Assembly (NCBI GenBank): GCA_965248575.1
Contig: CBDFJQ010000002.1
Span: 3,040,001 to 3,104,000, forward strand
Source: Planctomycetota bacterium
Lineage (GTDB): Bacteria > Planctomycetota > B15-G4
Length of the DNA: 64,000 bases
Reading direction: 5' to 3'
Positions 9,153 to 18,873 of the stretch are shown here, in pieces. The notes beneath the pieces are model-generated. The model saw only the letters and a list, made by a program, of their open reading frames with translations. It did no database searches and was not told the origin of the DNA. Numbering within the stretch: the stretch's first letter is position 1; each line of letters opens with the position of its first letter. The translations under genes and the position numbers were made by a program.

Positions 9153-9221
9153 CAGGCTTCAGCGCTTGGGCCACCGGGTTCGGTGTTCCACCAACGAAGG
9201 GTGGTGCCCGCTGAAGGCCTG
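9153..9221 (-). promoter_or_regulatory. Candidate structured rpsO leader (three-way junction)
   Basis: Minus strand: outer stem CAGG(C)CUUCAGCG/CGCUGAAG-CCUG, short GGC/GCC helix, hairpins CCACC/GGUGG and CACCG/CGGUG, ending about 32 nt before the start codon. Confidence 0.5.
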
Positions 9222-9310
9222 TCTCGTGGGTACTTTCGTTTCCTGTCGACAATTCCCGGCGATCCTAGCAGCCTGCCCAGACGACGCGCAACGGCTGAGC
9301 CCGACAGGTC

Positions 9311-9961
9311 TTACCCCAGGGACAGCTCCGCCCGCTCCCGCCGACGGCAGGATTCACATCGGCCGCAGGGGATATCGTCCCCTCGATAGCAGGACCAGGC
9401 CAGATCCACAGGAGCAGCCACGGCCCGTCCGGCCTGCAGCAGCTCCTTTTTGGACATGTGCAGGGTTGGCGCCACGATGGACACCATGCCCCGGGTCGAA
9501 AACTCCAGCGCGCGGTTCACGCGCTCCAGGAAGAGGGCCCCATTGTCGGGGAAGGTCTTCGCCTCTTCGGCGTTGAACCCCACCACCACATGCTCCTGTC
9601 CTTCCGCTTCGGCGACGGCAGCCGCCAGGTTGAGCAAAAGTCCATTCCGATTGGGCACCCAGACCGCATCCGCCGTGGCGACCGCCGTCTCGTCCAAGGT
9701 CTCAGGCTCTGGCTCTGGAAGCTCCTGATCCCCCGCAACCAGGGCCGTCCGGGTGATTCTGGCCAAGATCGGGAGCTCCAGGCGCTCAAAGCCGACGCCC
9801 AGGGCAGCGGCCACAGCCCGCGCGGCCCGCTCCTCGGGGGCCACGGCCTTCTGGCCATAGTCCACGAAGAGGGCGCGCTGGAGTACCCCGCCATCTGCCC
9901 GGTAGAGGGCACAGGCCACCGTGGAATCGAGCCCACCGGAAAGAAGCGCCAGGGCGGACAT
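9311..9961 (-). CDS. queC: 7-cyano-7-deazaguanine synthase
   Basis: SGGLDS, DYGQKA, WVPNRNGLLL, FPDN and WSCY...PCGRCESCRRR zinc motif. Start set at ATG 9961. Confidence 0.95.
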   Translation of the reverse strand: MSALALLSGGLDSTVACALYRADGGVLQRALFVDYGQKAVAPEERAARAVAAALGVGFERLELPILARITRTALVAGDQELPEPEPETLDETAVATADAVWVPNRNGLLLNLAAAVAEAEGQEHVVVGFNAEEAKTFPDNGALFLERVNRALEFSTRGMVSIVAPTLHMSKKELLQAGRAVAAPVDLAWSCYRGDDIPCGRCESCRRRERAELSLG

Positions 9962-10134
9962 GCCGATTCTCCTGCCAGTTGCGTTGTTGAGGATGCTGTG
10001 CAGACGTTCTGTTGGGTTCTTGTAGCTGCCGTGCCCCCGACTTGGAACCCATCGCCAGCTTCCGCCAGTTGCCGACTCGGGCGGCCCTCGATACAAAGGC
10101 CCCCTTCCCCCGACCCGCCCAAGGAGGGCTCTTC

Positions 10135-11703
10135 GTGCGCCCCACCTCTTCACTCCTGCTCCGTCTCGTGCCCGTTCTTGCCCTGGGAGTGGGTCTCGCC
10201 CTCGCGTCTCCCGCGGCCAGCCAGGCCCTCCCGCCCGACGGAATCAGCGCGGAATCCAGTGCTGAGAGCACGATGGCGCCCAGTGGGTGGAGCTTGCTCG
10301 ACGACGCCCTGAGGGGCCTGGACCAGGCCTGTCTGCAGCAGCTGGACCCCGTCTTGTGGTTGGACGTCCGTGGCACGGCCGCCGAAGCCCTCGCGGCAAC
10401 CCGTGCAGCCCGCGACGCCGGAGCACCCAAAGAACTCTGCCTCGCGGCCCAACGCACCCTGGCGGCCCTGCTCACGCGCCAGGAGGTCCTCGACCCCCAA
10501 GGCAACGGCCAAGGTGCGGAACCTGTCGGCGACCTCTCGAGCGTTGCCGACGACCTGTTCTTCCTGGAAGGCACCCTGCCCCAGACGTCGTTGATCCTGA
10601 TCGAGACGCTCTTTGAGCTGGAGCGGGATCGCGAAGGCCAGGACGTGCTGTCCCGCGGATTCGTGCTCTGGCCCAGGGACGTTCGCTTCCATGAGACGAC
10701 CAGGGCGTGGCGCGATGTGCTGCCGGCCCCCGAAGACCTCATCAACCAGCTGAACGTGCGGGTCCTGGAGCTGGACAGCGCCGACACCCAGACGTCCGGC
10801 CTCTCGCTCGAAACGATCGGCATGATCCACGGCACCATGGGGGTGGCTGCTTATGAAGCACGGAAGTTCGGCTTGGCAGGCCTGCACTTCGATGCCTCGG
10901 CGCGGGCCCTGCACCGTTCGGGCAGCATGCCCCGCTCGATGGCCGACGATGCCATCGCCTCCCAGCGGGCGGACGCTGCCGTCAACGCCTCCATGTCATT
11001 CCTGGGCCACGCCCAGGACATCTGGTTTGCCAACCGCGCTGACACCGAGGAAGCCGTGCAGGCCATGTGGGCCGCCGAGGAGTCCATCGTCATCGCCATG
11101 CAGCTTCGGCCCAATCATGACCCCACCATGAACGCCGTGCTGTTCCTCGGTGAGACCTGGAAGGACAAGGCCGATGTGAGCCTGGTGAACACGGACGACC
11201 TCGCCCAGGCGCGGGAGTTCTTCCTGCGCATGGCTCAGCGCTTCGATGTCGCCGACTGGTGGAACAACTACGCCTTCTGGTGCCGCGAGACCGCCCTCGC
11301 CGCCCAGAGCGCCGGGCAGACGAGCCTCGCCCAGGAGCTCTTCGAGAAATCCTACGGGGCCTACGAGAAGACCATCTCACTCGAGCCGGACAACGCGCGC
11401 TTCGTGAATGACACCGGACTGATCCAGCTCTACTACCTGCAGGACGACCTGCAACGGGCCGAAGAGCTGTTCTACCTGGCGTGGGATCTTGGCAAGGCCG
11501 TCTGCGACAACCCCTTCGTCGACGACGCAGTGGCTGCGGAGAACCTCTCGGCCTACGGCGACGCCATGCTGAACATCGCCATCCTGAACCTGCAGCGCGG
11601 CGACCTCGACAAGGCCAAGGAGGTGAACGACCAACTGCTCGCCCTTTCGCCCGAGCGCTTCGATGCGCATGACCTGAAGCGGCGCATCGACGCTGCGATG
11701 TAG
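10135..11703 (+). CDS. Exported tetratricopeptide-repeat protein
   Basis: GTG 10135 follows a GGAGG Shine-Dalgarno. Signal peptide ending ...ALASPAASQA; TPR-like AYEKTISLEPDNARFVNDTG and GDLDKAKEVNDQLLALSP. Confidence 0.75.
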   Translation: MRPTSSLLLRLVPVLALGVGLALASPAASQALPPDGISAESSAESTMAPSGWSLLDDALRGLDQACLQQLDPVLWLDVRGTAAEALAATRAARDAGAPKELCLAAQRTLAALLTRQEVLDPQGNGQGAEPVGDLSSVADDLFFLEGTLPQTSLILIETLFELERDREGQDVLSRGFVLWPRDVRFHETTRAWRDVLPAPEDLINQLNVRVLELDSADTQTSGLSLETIGMIHGTMGVAAYEARKFGLAGLHFDASARALHRSGSMPRSMADDAIASQRADAAVNASMSFLGHAQDIWFANRADTEEAVQAMWAAEESIVIAMQLRPNHDPTMNAVLFLGETWKDKADVSLVNTDDLAQAREFFLRMAQRFDVADWWNNYAFWCRETALAAQSAGQTSLAQELFEKSYGAYEKTISLEPDNARFVNDTGLIQLYYLQDDLQRAEELFYLAWDLGKAVCDNPFVDDAVAAENLSAYGDAMLNIAILNLQRGDLDKAKEVNDQLLALSPERFDAHDLKRRIDAAM

Positions 11704-11732
11704 CCGCCTGAGGCGGTCCGAGTTCAGGCGCC

Positions 11733-13010
11733 CTAGCGGCCCGTCCCCCCACGGTCGCCACCCTGCCCTTGAGGGAACTGGTTGCGTGGATCGATGCGCC
11801 CCTCCTTGTTGGTGGGCGCGTACTCGGAGAGCACCCACTCGGCCCAGGCAGATTCGAAGCCGATGGTGCTGAGAGACCAGCACTGCTTCAGGATGTCGCG
11901 GGTGGACGCTTCCTTTTTGGCCATCTCCATGGCCTTGCCCATGGCCTTCGCGTCCTTCGACATCAGGAAGTCCACCCAGGACCAGACGAACTGATGCTCC
12001 CGCGCCGTCAGGGCTTGCGTGGGTTTGGTGACGACCTCGGGAAAGGACGCGGCATCCTCGGCCATCACGGCTTTCCAGATGTTCTTGCGCCAGTCCCCGC
12101 CCTTCCAGCGCGCCTTGGCGTCGTGCTCGCGGATGCAGAAGGTGCTGCACTCGCCGTCGAAGTCCATTTCGAACCAATGGGCCAGGCCTGCATCCACCCA
12201 GCCGTACTTGTCATTCAGCCACGGCGGTGAGAGCCCCTTCTGCCCGGTCTTGAACCAATGGATGTCGTAGAAGACGGAGGTGAACTGGTGCAGGGCGCTG
12301 TGGATCCAATGGCGGTGGAAGTCATCGTCGCTTGGGTGGGCTGACTTGTCGCGCCACATCACCACCACGGACTCCTTGTCCGCGCCGCCAGCGCGCTTCA
12401 CCGTGCCGCTGCCTTGCAGGCCTGCGTAGACGGGTCCGGCCGTCAGCGCCTGGCGCTCCTTCTCCAGCACGTACCACCAGTGCTTGTTGCGCATGTTCTG
12501 GCTGTCATCGATCTCGAACAGCTCCTGGAACGTCGCGTAGAGCTCTTCCATGCGGCGCGCATAGAGGTGGGCGGCGTGATGCATCTTCACCGACTTGCGG
12601 TTGACCGAGATCTTGGGCACGTTCCAGCTGATGACGAAGTGGGTCGTCTCCACGTGAGCCAGGTCCGTGTCGAGGAAGTCGTCGACCTTGCGCCGTTCTG
12701 CGAGCCAAGCCTGCTTGTCCGCAGCGATGCCGTCCCACTTGAGCTTGGACTTCTCATAGACCGAGGGGGTCTTGCAGCGCGGGCACGGCTTCCAATCCAT
12801 GGCCATGTCCTTGGCCTCGATGGCGTCGGCGCAGTTCAGCACCTGCCACGTCTCCCCATGCTCGTGATCGACGGAGAACTTGCCTTCGACCTCAAGCGGC
12901 ACGGCGCCCGTGGTCTTGCAGGCGCCGCACAATTGTTCTCCCGTTTCTTGGGCGCCCGCGACAGGAACCAGCAGGGCGAGAGAGGCGAACAGGATGCGAA
13001 GAGGGGTCAA
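11733..13010 (-). CDS. Exported protein with N-terminal CxxC pairs and a degenerate zincin-like domain
   Basis: Signal peptide; CGACKTTG and CPRCK; HSALH and WVDAGLAHWFE resemble HExxH and W.NEG.A motifs. TTG start overlaps the hutI stop. Confidence 0.7.
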   Translation of the reverse strand: MTPLRILFASLALLVPVAGAQETGEQLCGACKTTGAVPLEVEGKFSVDHEHGETWQVLNCADAIEAKDMAMDWKPCPRCKTPSVYEKSKLKWDGIAADKQAWLAERRKVDDFLDTDLAHVETTHFVISWNVPKISVNRKSVKMHHAAHLYARRMEELYATFQELFEIDDSQNMRNKHWWYVLEKERQALTAGPVYAGLQGSGTVKRAGGADKESVVVMWRDKSAHPSDDDFHRHWIHSALHQFTSVFYDIHWFKTGQKGLSPPWLNDKYGWVDAGLAHWFEMDFDGECSTFCIREHDAKARWKGGDWRKNIWKAVMAEDAASFPEVVTKPTQALTAREHQFVWSWVDFLMSKDAKAMGKAMEMAKKEASTRDILKQCWSLSTIGFESAWAEWVLSEYAPTNKEGRIDPRNQFPQGQGGDRGGTGR

Positions 13011-14359
13011 CGGGCTTCTCCGGGCGAGGGTGCTGCGGGCCGGTCATCATGCCGCTGCCAGACCACCGCGCCACTTTTGACCACGGCCGTCACGGGGTTC
13101 CAGCCCATCTGGTAGCCCAGGAAGAGGTGATTCGGGACGTCGAGTATTGCGAGATCTGCAACGGCGCCGGGCTGGATGCGCCCCCGAATTCCGGGCAGAC
13201 CCAGGGTTTCAGCCGCATTCCGTGTCGCTGCCGTGATGGCCTCGGCCACGGTCATGTCGAGCAGCCCACACGCCAAGGCAATGATCTCCACCATGGACTG
13301 AATGTAGGACGTGCCCGGGTTGAAGTCCGTCGCCAGGGCGACCGGCAGGCCCGCTTCGATCATGCGTCGGGCTGGGGCCACCTCGCGGATGCGCAAGGAG
13401 AAGCAGGTGCCGGGCAGCAGCACGGGAGTCGTGCCCGACTTGACCAACGCTTCGATGCCAGCGTCGGAGATCTTCACCAGATGGTCGGCGGTCTGCGCCC
13501 CCATTTCGGCGGCCAACTCAGACGCCCCCACCGCGGCCAGTTCGTCGGCATGGACACGAATCGCCAGACCCAGGTCGCGCGCTGCCTGCAGGACGAGTCG
13601 GGCCTCGTCCACCGTGAACGCCCCATCATCGCAGAACACATCGGCCGACCGGGCCAGGCTGTGCTCCACGACGTGCGGCAGGATCTTCTTGGAGACCAAC
13701 TCCACGTAGGCCTCCCGATGCTCGGCGAACTCCGGGGGCACCTGGTGTGCCGCGAGGCAGGTCCGATCGATGTCGATGGCGTGGGTCGAGTCACAGGAGG
13801 CCAACAACTCCAGCGACATGACCTCTGATTCCAGATCCAGCCCATACCCGCTCTTGGCCTCGATGCTGGTGGTTCCGCACATGACGAAGCGATCGAGGCG
13901 CTCGGTGAGCGGCTTGCGCAAGGCCTCCGACGTCGTGTCGCGCAAGGCCCTCACCGAGGAGAAGATACCGCCTCCCGAGCGAGTGATGTCCTGATAGGTC
14001 CCACCGCGAGCCCGAAGGTCGAACTCCCCCTCGCGAGTGGTGGCGAAGACCGGGTGGGTGTGGGCATCGCAAAAGCCTGGCAGGACGATGCCTCCGCGGG
14101 CCGAGACCTCCCGTTCGGCCTCAAAGGAGGCATGGATCTCCGTTCCGGTGCCCACCGCGACGATCAGGCCGTCTCGCATGGCCACGGCACCGTCGGGAAT
14201 CACGTGCAACTCATCCATGGCCTTTCCCGTGGCGGCGGCCCCGGTCGAAGCAGCATCCCCTGTGGCAGGGGGCGAGGCCGAGGACAGCGCGTCGAGGCTG
14301 TCACTGACGGTGACCACCTCCTGCGCCTCATCGACAATCAGGTCGACCTGTTCCTTCAT
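13007..14359 (-). CDS. hutI: Imidazolonepropionase
   Basis: PGFCDAHTHPVFA, GGGIFSSVRALR, GTTSIEAKSGYGL, DVFCDDGAF, RVHADEL, ADHL and ALATDFNPGTS. Start set at ATG 14359. Confidence 0.95.
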   Translation of the reverse strand: MKEQVDLIVDEAQEVVTVSDSLDALSSASPPATGDAASTGAAATGKAMDELHVIPDGAVAMRDGLIVAVGTGTEIHASFEAEREVSARGGIVLPGFCDAHTHPVFATTREGEFDLRARGGTYQDITRSGGGIFSSVRALRDTTSEALRKPLTERLDRFVMCGTTSIEAKSGYGLDLESEVMSLELLASCDSTHAIDIDRTCLAAHQVPPEFAEHREAYVELVSKKILPHVVEHSLARSADVFCDDGAFTVDEARLVLQAARDLGLAIRVHADELAAVGASELAAEMGAQTADHLVKISDAGIEALVKSGTTPVLLPGTCFSLRIREVAPARRMIEAGLPVALATDFNPGTSYIQSMVEIIALACGLLDMTVAEAITAATRNAAETLGLPGIRGRIQPGAVADLAILDVPNHLFLGYQMGWNPVTAVVKSGAVVWQRHDDRPAAPSPGEAR

Positions 14360-14418
14360 GCTGTTCTCACTGGGGTCATGGCGATTCTGGGTTGGCGGCA
14401 AGCGCCATCGTTCCACCG

Positions 14419-15816
14419 ATGCTGGCAGGCGTTATACTCCACCATGCGGTGCGGGACGCTCCCGGGCCGCCGCCAACGGCGGGCGACGCTCCGCCCCGAA
14501 CCCACGCGGACAACCTGGAACCTCCACCTACCTTTTCGGTTCTCGGCAGCCTCTCCGCCAACTCCCCCACTCTGTGGTGGGCTGTGGCTGTGGGCACACT
14601 GTCCTTCGTCTTGGCCGCTGTCGAGCATGGGTGGACACGCCTGTCTCGAACTCGGCTGGCTGAGACGGCCTCCGGACCCGACGCGCGATCGCGCCTCGAG
14701 AAGATGTTGGCCCAGGGTGATCGCGTTCAAGACGCACTCATCGTGCTGCGCGTGGCTTCCCAGGTCACACTCATCTCGCTGCTCACCCTTCTCGCCCGTG
14801 ACGTGCTGGGCGGGACGGACACCGCCTCCCGGCTGATCACCGCCACGGCCTCGGCCGGAGTTGTGTCCTTCCTCTGGATCACGCTCTTCTGTCGCGTGCT
14901 CCCCGGCGAAATGACCGCGGCACGCCTGGAAGGCTTCGTGCGCTCAACCATGCCGGCCTTGGTGGCCTTCTCGTACATCCTCGGGCCGCCCATCAATGTC
15001 TTCCGGCGCCTTGCCCGCCGCGTCACCGGGCACACGCCGGAGGTGGATGCCGAGCTCTACCAAGACGAGATCCTCAGCCAACTCGAGGAAGGCGAACGAG
15101 AGGGGCACTTGGGCGGTGAGCAGGCAGACATGATCGAAGCCGTGCTCGAGTTGCGCACGACCGAAGTTCACCACCTGATGACACCGCGCACCGAGATCGA
15201 CGTCGTGGACATCGATTCCAGCGTCGAAGAGGCGCGCAGCATGACACAGGAGACGGGTCGCTCCCGCTATCCCCTCGTCGAAGGCACCGTCGACAAGGTC
15301 GTCGGCGTCCTGCACGTAAAGGACCTGCTCAGCAAGGACGGCGCTGCCCCCCTGAAGGAACTCGCGCGGGAGCCCTGGTTCGTGCCCGAAAGCAAGTTCT
15401 GTACGGAGCTCCTCGCCGAGTTCCGCCTGAAGCACCAACACCTGGCCGTCGTCCTGGACGAATACGGTGGCACGGCTGGCATCATCACCATCGAGGACGT
15501 GCTGGAAGAGATCGTCGGCGAGATCGACGACGAGTTCGACGACGAGGAAGAGGAGCCGGAGCTCGAAATCATCGGGCCTCGCCATGCCGTGGCCCAGGGC
15601 GCCATGCACGTGGATGAACTGAACGAGAAGCTCTCCATCCAACTCCCCGAGGACGACGACTGGTCGACCTTGGGTGGGCTTATCTTCCACACCTTGGGCC
15701 GTTTGCCAGAAGAAGGCGAAGAGCTGCGACAGGGGCACGTCGTGCTGCGCATCGACAAGGTGATCGACCGCCGGATCGACAAGGTCACGGTCGAGATCCT
15801 CGAAGAAGTCGCGTAA
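14419..15816 (+). CDS. Hemolysin/CNNM family protein (DUF21 TM domain, CBS pair, CorC_HlyC)
   Basis: N-terminal TM helices; LMTPRTEI, SRYPLVEGTVDKVVGVLHVKDLL, LAVVLDEYGGTAGIITIEDVLEEIVGEIDDE and STLGGLIFHTLGRLP. Start uncertain (14392, 14419 or 14449). Confidence 0.9.
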   Translation: MLAGVILHHAVRDAPGPPPTAGDAPPRTHADNLEPPPTFSVLGSLSANSPTLWWAVAVGTLSFVLAAVEHGWTRLSRTRLAETASGPDARSRLEKMLAQGDRVQDALIVLRVASQVTLISLLTLLARDVLGGTDTASRLITATASAGVVSFLWITLFCRVLPGEMTAARLEGFVRSTMPALVAFSYILGPPINVFRRLARRVTGHTPEVDAELYQDEILSQLEEGEREGHLGGEQADMIEAVLELRTTEVHHLMTPRTEIDVVDIDSSVEEARSMTQETGRSRYPLVEGTVDKVVGVLHVKDLLSKDGAAPLKELAREPWFVPESKFCTELLAEFRLKHQHLAVVLDEYGGTAGIITIEDVLEEIVGEIDDEFDDEEEEPELEIIGPRHAVAQGAMHVDELNEKLSIQLPEDDDWSTLGGLIFHTLGRLPEEGEELRQGHVVLRIDKVIDRRIDKVTVEILEEVA

Positions 15817-15857
15817 GGCGCACGTCGGCCGCGGCCCCCGCACGGGAGGCGCGTGGC

Positions 15858-16943
15858 TCAGAGGAAGCGCTTCAAGCCCCGCGCTTCCAACTCCTTCACC
15901 AAGGCCTTCACTCCCTGGTCGTCATCTCGGCGGCAGACAAGCGTCGCGTCGGGGGTGTGCACGACGATCAGGTTGTCCACGCCCTTCAGCGCGACGACTC
16001 CTCCCTCCGTCGTGGCGACGAGGTTGTTTTTTGCCTCGAGGCACACGGCGGTGCCGTCCACGACGTTGCCGTGCCCGTCCGCGGTTCCCAGGCGCTCCAG
16101 GGAAGACCAGGAACCCACATCATCCCAGTCGAGCGGCAACGGCATCATGAGCGTGCCGCTCAGCTTCTCCATCACGCCCTTGTCGATGGACGCCTTTGGC
16201 AACAGAGGAAACCCGGCCGCGAGATCTGCGGCGAAGCTCTCCGTCCCCCAGCCCGCAGTGATGCGTTGCAAGCCAGCCAGCAGCTCCGGCAGGTGGGCCT
16301 GGAAGGCGTTCAGCATCCCGTCGGGGCGGAAGGCGAACAGGCCTGCATTCCAGGCGTAGCCACCTGCAGCGAACATCTCCTGGGCCCGACCCTCCTGGGG
16401 CTTCTCGACGAAGGCGTCCAAGGCGAACACCTCCTTGCCGCCGTAGGCGCCGGCGCGCTCGCCCCGCTGGAGCCAGCCATAGCCCGTCTCGGGGCGAGTG
16501 GGCTCCACGCCAAACACCAGCACCCTGTCCGGGAAGTCAGCGAGTGCTGCCTCTGCGCCCTGCAGGTGGTCTCGGAACACCGCTGCGGGCGCGATCAACT
16601 GGTCCGCTGGCATGGCCACCACCGTGGCCTCTGGATCCAGGCTGCGGACGATGCCCGCAGCCAAGCCGATGCAGGCCGCCGTATCGCGCGCCGCGGGCTC
16701 ACCCACGACCTGGGCCGCGGGAATCTCCGGCAAGAGGTCGCGCACGGCGTCCACAGTGTGCGCCGCGGTCACCACGAGCTGCCGGGAGGGAGGAATCAGG
16801 TCGCCAAGGCGCGTGCTCGTCTGAACGAGCAAGGCCTCTTCGCCGCCGATGGGCAGCAGCTGTTTGGGACGCGCGGTTCGGCTGGCAGGCCAGAAACGTG
16901 TTCCCGAGCCCCCTGCCATGAGGACGGCAAAGAGATGACTCAA
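15858..16943 (-). CDS. manC: Mannose-1-phosphate guanylyltransferase
   Basis: MAGGSGTRFWPASR...PKQLL, EPAARDTAACI, PETGYGWL, FVEKP, SIDKGVMEK and WDDVGSW. Confidence 0.92.
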   Translation of the reverse strand: MSHLFAVLMAGGSGTRFWPASRTARPKQLLPIGGEEALLVQTSTRLGDLIPPSRQLVVTAAHTVDAVRDLLPEIPAAQVVGEPAARDTAACIGLAAGIVRSLDPEATVVAMPADQLIAPAAVFRDHLQGAEAALADFPDRVLVFGVEPTRPETGYGWLQRGERAGAYGGKEVFALDAFVEKPQEGRAQEMFAAGGYAWNAGLFAFRPDGMLNAFQAHLPELLAGLQRITAGWGTESFAADLAAGFPLLPKASIDKGVMEKLSGTLMMPLPLDWDDVGSWSSLERLGTADGHGNVVDGTAVCLEAKNNLVATTEGGVVALKGVDNLIVVHTPDATLVCRRDDDQGVKALVKELEARGLKRFL

Positions 16944-18148
16944 GACTCTGATGCTCCCGCGACCCCACCCGGCGATGGTGCCTCACGGTTCGAGACACGC
17001 TCGGCGACACGCGGTTTCGCCTCCGGGCGTTCGTAGACCCGGCGCACGCGCTTGCCCACGCTACAAGCCACCTCATACGGGATCGTGCCGATCAAGCTGG
17101 CCACCTCCGGGATACCGATGTTCTGTGCGCCATCACGCCCGATCAGCGTGACGACATCACCCACGGACACACCCGGGATGTGGCCGACGTCCAAGGTGGT
17201 GTAGTCCATGGAGATGGCGCCGACGATGGGTGCCAGGGTCTCACGCACGAGAGCCCGTCCGCGATTGCTCAGGCGGTACGCGAGGCCGTCGTTGTAACCC
17301 ACCGGCAAGGTGGCAATGCGCGTCGCCCGGCTGGTGACATGGGTGCCGTTGTAGCCCACCGGCGTTTCCGGCGGGACGTCCTTGAGATAGACGACCTGGG
17401 TTCGCAGGGACATGACCGGCTCGAGGTCCGGGGCGTGGGGCGCCAGCTCGGGAGCGAGCACGCCGTAGAGCGAGATGCCGGGGCGCACCAGCGCGAGGCC
17501 GGTGCCCAGATCGCCCAGGATGGCGGCGGTGTTCGAAAGGTGGGTCAGGGGAGGTCGGATGCCTTCGGCTGCCAACTCCTCCATGAGCTGTGCCAGCTTC
17601 TCATGCTGAAGCTGGGCGAAGGGGTGCCCGGGGCGCGACGAAGACACATGGCTGGCCATGCCCTCCAGCTCCAACCACTCGCAGGCATCGATGCGCCGCG
17701 CCAACTCTGCGGCCCGGGGCGGCTGGGCCCCCAACCGGCCCATACCCGTGTCCACCATGAGATGCACAGGCAGGCGCTTGCCCTGCCGGCGAGCCTCATC
17801 CTCGAGGCTCTGGATCCGGTGCATCGAGTGGATGCAGACGCGCACGTCGTGGCTGACCACCTGACGCACCTCGTCCTCGATGATGGTGCCCAAGATGAGG
17901 ATCGGCGCCTCGACCCCAGCGGCACGCAGTTCGAGAGCCTCGGCGGAATCTCCGACCCCAAAGCCCCAGAGGGCTGGTTCGTCGGCCAAGGCCCGCGCCA
18001 CGGGAACCGCGCCGTGCCCGTAGGCATCTGCCTTGACCACAGCGAGGATCGACGACGCCTTGCCGACCCGCTCGCCCACCCGACGAAAGTTCCGGCACAG
18101 AGCAGCGAGATCGATATCCGCCCAGACTCTGTGACCGTGTGCATTCAT
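16940..18148 (-). CDS. alr: Alanine racemase
   Basis: AVVKADAYGHGA (PLP lysine), VDTGMGRLG, RPGISLYG, GYNDG, ISMD and TIPYE. Confidence 0.97.
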   Translation of the reverse strand: MNAHGHRVWADIDLAALCRNFRRVGERVGKASSILAVVKADAYGHGAVPVARALADEPALWGFGVGDSAEALELRAAGVEAPILILGTIIEDEVRQVVSHDVRVCIHSMHRIQSLEDEARRQGKRLPVHLMVDTGMGRLGAQPPRAAELARRIDACEWLELEGMASHVSSSRPGHPFAQLQHEKLAQLMEELAAEGIRPPLTHLSNTAAILGDLGTGLALVRPGISLYGVLAPELAPHAPDLEPVMSLRTQVVYLKDVPPETPVGYNGTHVTSRATRIATLPVGYNDGLAYRLSNRGRALVRETLAPIVGAISMDYTTLDVGHIPGVSVGDVVTLIGRDGAQNIGIPEVASLIGTIPYEVACSVGKRVRRVYERPEAKPRVAERVSNREAPSPGGVAGASES

Positions 18149-18873
18149 CGTCGGCGTGCTCTCTCCTCGAGGGCAATTTCTGCGTGGGAGCGCTTGAGGT
18201 AGAGCGGCAGCACCGTAGCGGGGTCATCGCCGCCAGCCGAGAGCCGTCGCCTCCCCAAGGCGGCCACATCGTAGCCCTCCGGGTGCGGCTCCCGAACCAC
18301 GATCTGTGAAGAGCCCGACTTCGCCAGCCCTGACTCAAGCTCTGTGATCTCGGAGGCAGGCACCAGGCAGGGCTGCGCCGTTTCCAGCAACCACTGGCCG
18401 TCACGCTGGTAATCGGCGCGGTAGCACTCGTCTCGACGCGCATCCAGGACGACGGTCACGTGCTGGATGTCGTTCGCGGCGCTCGGCGTACCATCAACAG
18501 GGACGGCGGCCTCGGCCGGCAGAACGCCCCGTCGGAGGACACCAAGGGCGGCAGCCTCCACCGACACGACGCCAGCGAAGGGAATCGCATGGGGGAAACT
18601 CAGCCCACGTGCGAACGCGATCGCCGCCCTCAAGCCGGTGTAGGAGCCGGGGCCGATGCCCACGACCACACCGCCCAGATCTGCCACCTGCAGCTGCCTT
18701 GCCTGCAGCAGGGACTCGGCCTGCACAGCCATCTGAGCCGTGCCACGCACTCCGGGCTGCTGGGTCCATTGGCCCCAGGGCTCTCCCTCAGGTCCCAGAA
18801 GTGCCACGGTCGGGCGCGCCGAGGCGTCCACGGCGAGCACCGCCAACTCCTGCAGCTCTGGGGCGTGCGTCAC
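18145..18873 (-). CDS. tsaB: tRNA threonylcarbamoyladenosine biosynthesis protein TsaB
   Basis: VLAVDAS, GIGPGSYTGLRAAI, LDARRDECY and C-terminal PLYLKRSHAE. Confidence 0.92.
   Translation of the reverse strand: MTHAPELQELAVLAVDASARPTVALLGPEGEPWGQWTQQPGVRGTAQMAVQAESLLQARQLQVADLGGVVVGIGPGSYTGLRAAIAFARGLSFPHAIPFAGVVSVEAAALGVLRRGVLPAEAAVPVDGTPSAANDIQHVTVVLDARRDECYRADYQRDGQWLLETAQPCLVPASEITELESGLAKSGSSQIVVREPHPEGYDVAALGRRRLSAGGDDPATVLPLYLKRSHAEIALEERARRR

Noticed and set aside
9311..9961. queC as part of a Dpd/Qat anti-phage system
   Set aside because: Canonical short QueC with no dpdA, qat or other defence neighbours; queuosine synthesis is the simpler explanation.
14419..15816. 'Hemolysin' as a toxin
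   Set aside because: The DUF21-CBS-CorC architecture indicates a CNNM/CorB metal-transport family protein, not a cytolysin.
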